Source: the human T2T-CHM13v2.0 reference genome, Homo sapiens
Assembly (NCBI RefSeq): GCF_009914755.1
Contig: NC_060934.1
DNA: 64,000 nt
Strand: one strand, 5' to 3'
In this document: positions 59,195 through 64,000 of the stretch, in pieces
Layout of the letters: the number at the start of each line of letters is the position of its first letter
How positions within the stretch are numbered: position 1 is the stretch's first letter
The notes under the pieces: generated by a model
Told to the model about the DNA's origin: nothing
What the model saw: only the letters and a program-made list of their open reading frames with translations
Databases searched by the model: none
Made by a program: the position numbers and the translations under genes

Positions 59195-59495
59195 TTTAAC
59201 AAAAGTCGGACATTTTATTCAGGGTTTTTAAGAAAATGGTTTTGAAATATGCCATCTAATTAAAAAATTCCCCACTTCCACTATTGAATCAACAAAATTA
59301 GTAATGAGCAGGAACAAAATGAGAGACAGTTTGGTAGCTGTCAGTGTCTTCCAGTACAGTACAAATAGAAGAACCGTCCACACAAGGAAAACACTGTTCT
59401 CTTTAAATCTTGGAAATATGCAAATACAGTATAGCTTTAGAGGCTGAGAAAACTGGTTCTTTATTCCGCAGAGATTTTCCTGTCAGTGTAACAAG
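59195..59495 (-). other. Candidate alternative terminal exon
   Basis: strong acceptor TCATTCATATTTTGTTTTCAG|CTTG; AATAAA at 59460-59465 and 59214-59219, the latter followed by GU/U-rich sequence; reads (x)CYTDRKISAE* in phase 1, LLH* in phase 2, or a 30-aa tail in phase 0. Confidence 0.5.
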
Positions 59496-60132
59496 CTGAA
59501 AACAAAATATGAATGACACATGCACATGCTTAGCTGATGGAGAACACAGAGTCAAACAGGAGCCACATTAACCTCTCATAGAGGTTATATGACTTGCAGG
59601 CAGAGATATTGATTCAGATCTAGTTCACTGCTACCGAGTTTCACAAGTATTCAAATCCAAGTGTGGAAATTTTTCCCTAAGATGGTAACTCCTAGTACTT
59701 CCTTTAGCTTCCCTGGCTAATTAGGTAACTTACTTGACCATTCAGTTTAGTTCAAGAATTAAGAATGTTTAATAAATAGGCTGTCTGGTAGTAAGAGTAT
59801 GTACGAATATGTCTCACTAAATACTGAAAGTTATTTGGATACTAAGAATTTAAAGAACAAGGCAATATGATCAGTGCAGTTATTCTAGGTTAGACTTTTG
59901 GGATTTTTTTTTTTCATTTTTAATATTACCATAACATCTCAATCATACTAGAAAAAAAAAAAAGCAATTCTAGGGTACATTTTATTCTTCCAGAGTAGAC
60001 ATCTGTGTTTGTTTGCATAGAAAGACTTCAGAATATTTTATTATTCCTTTCCTATAATCTTGTTCAGCTGCCCCGGAGGTTATGCCTCCAGACAGCTTTG
60101 AACCCATTATCGTCAAATTCTGTAATCCAAAG

Positions 60133-60430
60133 GGCCAGGCACGGTGGCTCACGCCCGTAATCCCAGCACTTTGGGAGGCTGAGGCGGGCAGATCACTTGA
60201 GGCCAGGAATTCGAGACAAGCCTGGCCAACATGGTGAAACCCGATCTCTACTAAAAATACAAAAATTAGCCAGATGTGGTGCACACTTGTGATCCCAGCT
60301 ACTCGGGAGGCTGAGGCACAAGAATTGCTTGAAACTGGGAGGCGGAGGTTGCAGTGAGCCAAGATCACACGACTGCACTCCAGCCTGGGGAACAGAGCGA
60401 GAATCTGTCTCAAAAAAAAAATAATAAAAA
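60133..60430 (+). mobile_element. Alu (AluS-like)
   Basis: full dimer; TSD AAATTCTGTAATCC. Confidence 0.96.
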
Positions 60431-60864
60431 ATTCTGTAATCCTGTCTCATTGGTTCATGACAAGATGCAACTTGATGCCCCGGGGGATTCTTCTAGGGGA
60501 TAACAGGGCTCAGTTGCTTGATTTCTCTCTCAAACATGGAGAATTTTAGCAGTTTGTGCCTTTTCCTTTATTCCAATCACTACATATTTTGTGTTTTAAT
60601 TTTTCATTTTGTATGTCAATTTGTCAATTTCCATTTGCAATAGAAATAAAAGCAGAATATATCTAAGAGGGCTATTCCTTAAGGTTCTCTTTTGAATTAT
60701 CTAACCTTGGAAATTGGGATGAAGATAAACAAAACTGGTATCCATCTGGGATGCAGTGGATTTTTCTCTGCAGGTATTTATTTCCCCTTGAAAATATAAA
60801 GCACATCTATCTCAATATTCAAGGTTTGACCAGAGAACAATTTGGCTTGAAAATATTTTGGTGT

Positions 60865-61182
<318 letters not shown>

Positions 61183-61309
61183 TTAAGAAGAACAGATAAG
61201 ATTTTTGTTAAATCAGCTTCTTCTTATGTTTGATAAAACCCTAGAGAACTTAGACTATACATGTCTGCCTTGGTCTTTGCAGGGAATTAGATTGAGACCA
61301 TCAGAGTTT

Positions 61310-62210
61310 CTGTGGCTCCGTATCCTTGCCCACAAACTGTATTGTTCCAAATGTTAATTTTGCCAACCTGGTACATATAAAATGCTGTCACATGGTTTTA
61401 ATTTCTAGCTCTCTAATTACAACTGAAGTTGACCATTTTTCATGTATATTAGCAAGTCATGTTTTCCTTTCTTTGAAATGCTTGTTCATACCTTTTATCA
61501 ATTTATCTTTCTTAAATGTTTTAGATACTAATCGGCTGTCAGCAATGTGTGTGTTGCAGACCACTTTTCTCAGTTGTGGCTTGCATCTTTTCAACTTATT
61601 AATGGTATCCTTTGATAAAGAGAAAGTTCATTTTAATGTAGTTGAATTTATTAATCTTTCCTTTACAATCTGTGTTTCCTTGAGTTTGGGGTAAGAAACC
61701 CTTCTCTACTCTGAGGTTATATTCTTTTTTTTTTTTTTTTTTTTTTAGTTCTTTGAAAGTTCTACTGTTTTCCTTTCCTTTAAAACCTTTCTGTTGGTGA
61801 TTTAAAAATACAAATATTCAATATACCTGGAACCGATTTTTTGTGTACTTCAGGATCTGGTTTCATTTTGTTTCTCCACATGTATGATCTTGTAACTGCA
61901 TGATTTATTGATTAGTTCAGTCTCTCCCCACTGATCTGCAATACTCCTTCCATTGTAAGTCAAGTGTGCATATATGCATGAGATTATTTATGGGCTTTTT
62001 ATCCTGTTCCATTGGTCTCTTTGTCTGTAACTACACTGGTACCCTAATACCAGGCTGTCTTCGTTATTATAGCTTTATAACAGACCTTAATGTCTCTAAG
62101 GCAAGACAGCCCATCTCTACTACTTTGGTTCTTCCTCAGGAGGGTTTTTGTTATTTCTGACCCTTCACTCTTCCAAATAACTGCAGAATTAGCTTGTCAA
62201 TTTGAACTCT
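61310..62210 (-). mobile_element. Old L1 (L1ME-like) ORF2 3' fragment
   Basis: antisense L1 signatures ATGGTTTTAATTTCTAGCTCTCTAATTAC and TTCCATTGGTCTCTTTGTCTGT...TATAGCTTTATAA. Confidence 0.75.
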
Positions 62211-62376
62211 TTTCTTACTGGTTGTTTTTAATGTCTCCTCTTTTGTTTTTGGTGTCCACCATGATAGGTCTAACTATATATGTATTAGTGCTGCTTGGTA
62301 TACAAAGTGTAAACTGTATCAGAGGATTCCAATGTTCTAGCGTTCTGAAACGTCTCAGTCTTAAATTGTTTCTCCA

Positions 62377-62899
62377 CTAGTGGGAAATAATTCTCCATGG
62401 GACTCACAAACTTTTGCATATTTTGTGAGCAGAGGCCCTGACAGCATCAGTTCAGAAAAAACTATTCAAGGATATTTGGAAGATAGAGATAGTGTCTCTC
62501 TGGAGCAGACAGCAGATTTGTTTACTGTCTAGTAAGGTAATACTGTCTACTACGATAAATAATACTAAAGATAATGTCTCCCTCCAAGGTAAAGAGCACA
62601 TTTGCTTACAGACCATTTTAAAAGGCTTGGGCTTCCGAAGCTCAGGTGTCTTTGGGCATGACCCAAACTCACTGCACGCCCAGTGTGCATCAGGGCCACA
62701 TCATCCCCATGGGACTTGGGGAGCAGGGGGAATTGGCTTGAACATAAAGTTCACGCTACCTGTTGTGCGGTGAGAAATAAAGTCCTTTGTGTTTGACCCA
62801 GGAATGTTGTGTCTTCAAACAGCATCCATGAAACTGTGGGAAGCTAATTTATGAGCTTGGAAGGAAGGTAAAATCTCAAACCTTTCCCAATTCTTAACT
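62377..62899 (+). mobile_element. LTR47-like ERVL solo LTR
   Basis: TGGGAAATAATTCTCCATGGG...TTGGAAGATAGAGATAGTGTCTC...AATAAAGTCCTTTGT...AAAATCTCAAACC. Confidence 0.7.
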
Positions 62900-63066
62900 T
62901 CTCTCATTTTCAGTATTTTAATATAGTGGATCTTCAATCAACATATGTTAAATCTTTTCAATTTGTCATCCCTATGTCTTACTCTCTCTTTACTGTTTTT
63001 CATCTCGTTACTCTGTGTTTTGTGTTATCTTTTTCATGAGTTTCCAGTTCATTTATTCTTGAACTC

Positions 63067-63376
63067 TCTTTTTTTTTTTTTTTTTTTTTTTTTGAGGAAG
63101 GCTCTCGTTCTGTCACTCAGGCTGAAGTGCAATGGCACCATCTAGGCTCACTGCAACTTCCACTTCCTGGGCTCAAAGTGATCCTCCCACCTCAGCCTCC
63201 TAGTAGCTGGAATTACAGGCACGTACCACTACGCCCAGCTAATTTTTGTATTTTTAGTAGAGATGGGGTTTCACCATGTTGGCTAGGCTGTCCTCGAACT
63301 CCTGGCCTCAAGTGATCCACCCACTGCAAACCTCCCAAAGTGCTGGGATTACAGGTGTGAGCCACTGTTCCTGGCC
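63067..63376 (-). mobile_element. Alu (AluJ/S-like)
   Basis: long poly-T, dimer, TSD ACTCTCT. Confidence 0.95.
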
Positions 63377-63711
63377 CACTTACTCTCTCTTCATTTATGT
63401 GTAATACCCTTTTAACCTATCTACTGAAATTTTAATTGCAATGATTATATTTTTCATTTCTTGTTATTCTATTATTTTTCAGATCTTTCTGGTTGTTTTT
63501 GATGGTTGCTGACTCTTTGCTCAACGTTTTTCTCTATATAGCTCACATGTATTTTTCTATATGCAGTATTCTGCACCCCAATGTTATAAGGCATGGGGGA
63601 TGTAGATCTGTGTTTCTTGTTTCTGCTGAGTCTTGCAAATTTTGGCTTATGTTATTCCCTGTTTGGTAATTTTTCATTGCTTCCCTGAGAGTGTATGTGT
63701 GATATGTAGAG

Positions 63712-63712
63712 A

Positions 63713-63758
<46 letters not shown>
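63712..63758. repeat. (TG)n microsatellite
   Basis: about 20 TG units. Confidence 0.97.
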
Positions 63759-63760
<2 letters not shown>

Positions 63761-64000
63761 GTATTTATGATGACTTCATATCAGTTGAATCTGTAGGAAT
63801 CCTTAGGACACGATTTTGTTAATGCTTTGCTCCAGATTTATGCTTATCTCTACCAAATGCCACAGAGTTCCACCAATTTGGAAACAAATTATCTACATTT
63901 TTTAAATGTAGTTTCCATGACCTGGCAAGTAGCGTATACTTATACTGCATGCCCATCCAACATTAAGCTTATAGTCACAAATGGTTAGGAGAGGAGAGAA

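Noticed and set aside
59982-60413. 143-aa minus-strand ORF with an apparent TTACAG acceptor
   Set aside because: The first two-thirds is antisense Alu; the acceptor-like motif is part of the Alu TSD, and the pre-insertion frame has a stop just upstream
60494-60512. I-SceI-site-like or mitochondrial rRNA-like GGGATAACAGGG
   Set aside because: Only a 12-bp core matches; the flanks fit neither the 18-bp site nor mitochondrial rRNA, so it is not a NUMT or an engineered site

Overview
This is primate (human-like) nuclear genomic DNA, rich in repeats and mostly non-coding. It contains about 25 Alu/FLAM SINEs, a 4.1-kb 5'-truncated L1PA with clean target-site duplications (TSDs), older L1M/L1PB, L2 and MIR fragments, four solo LTRs (MLT1-, MST-, THE1- and LTR47-like), several DNA-transposon MITEs (MER1, MER2, MER5, MER20, MER33, Tigger1-derived) and microsatellites. 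None of the ORFs in the supplied track looks like a real single-exon gene: they are Alu, L1, LTR, microsatellite or chance ORFs. The AT-rich right third (about 41.4-64 kb) looks like the 3' end of a spliced minus-strand gene that I cannot name. Its candidate parts are an alternative terminal exon (about 59195-59495), short cassette exons (54207-54231, 51850-51892, 44630-44675) and a distal terminal exon starting at 42333. The upstream exons that would fix the reading frame lie outside the window. The left two-thirds looks intergenic or deep-intronic and holds several repeat-free blocks dense in homeodomain/TALE motifs, which resemble developmental enhancers. I found no CRISPR array, rRNA, tRNA or convincing new biological system. 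The most interesting structure is the cluster of short 3' exons, two of which begin with a stop triplet. All repeat subfamily names are recognised by eye and boundaries are approximate.
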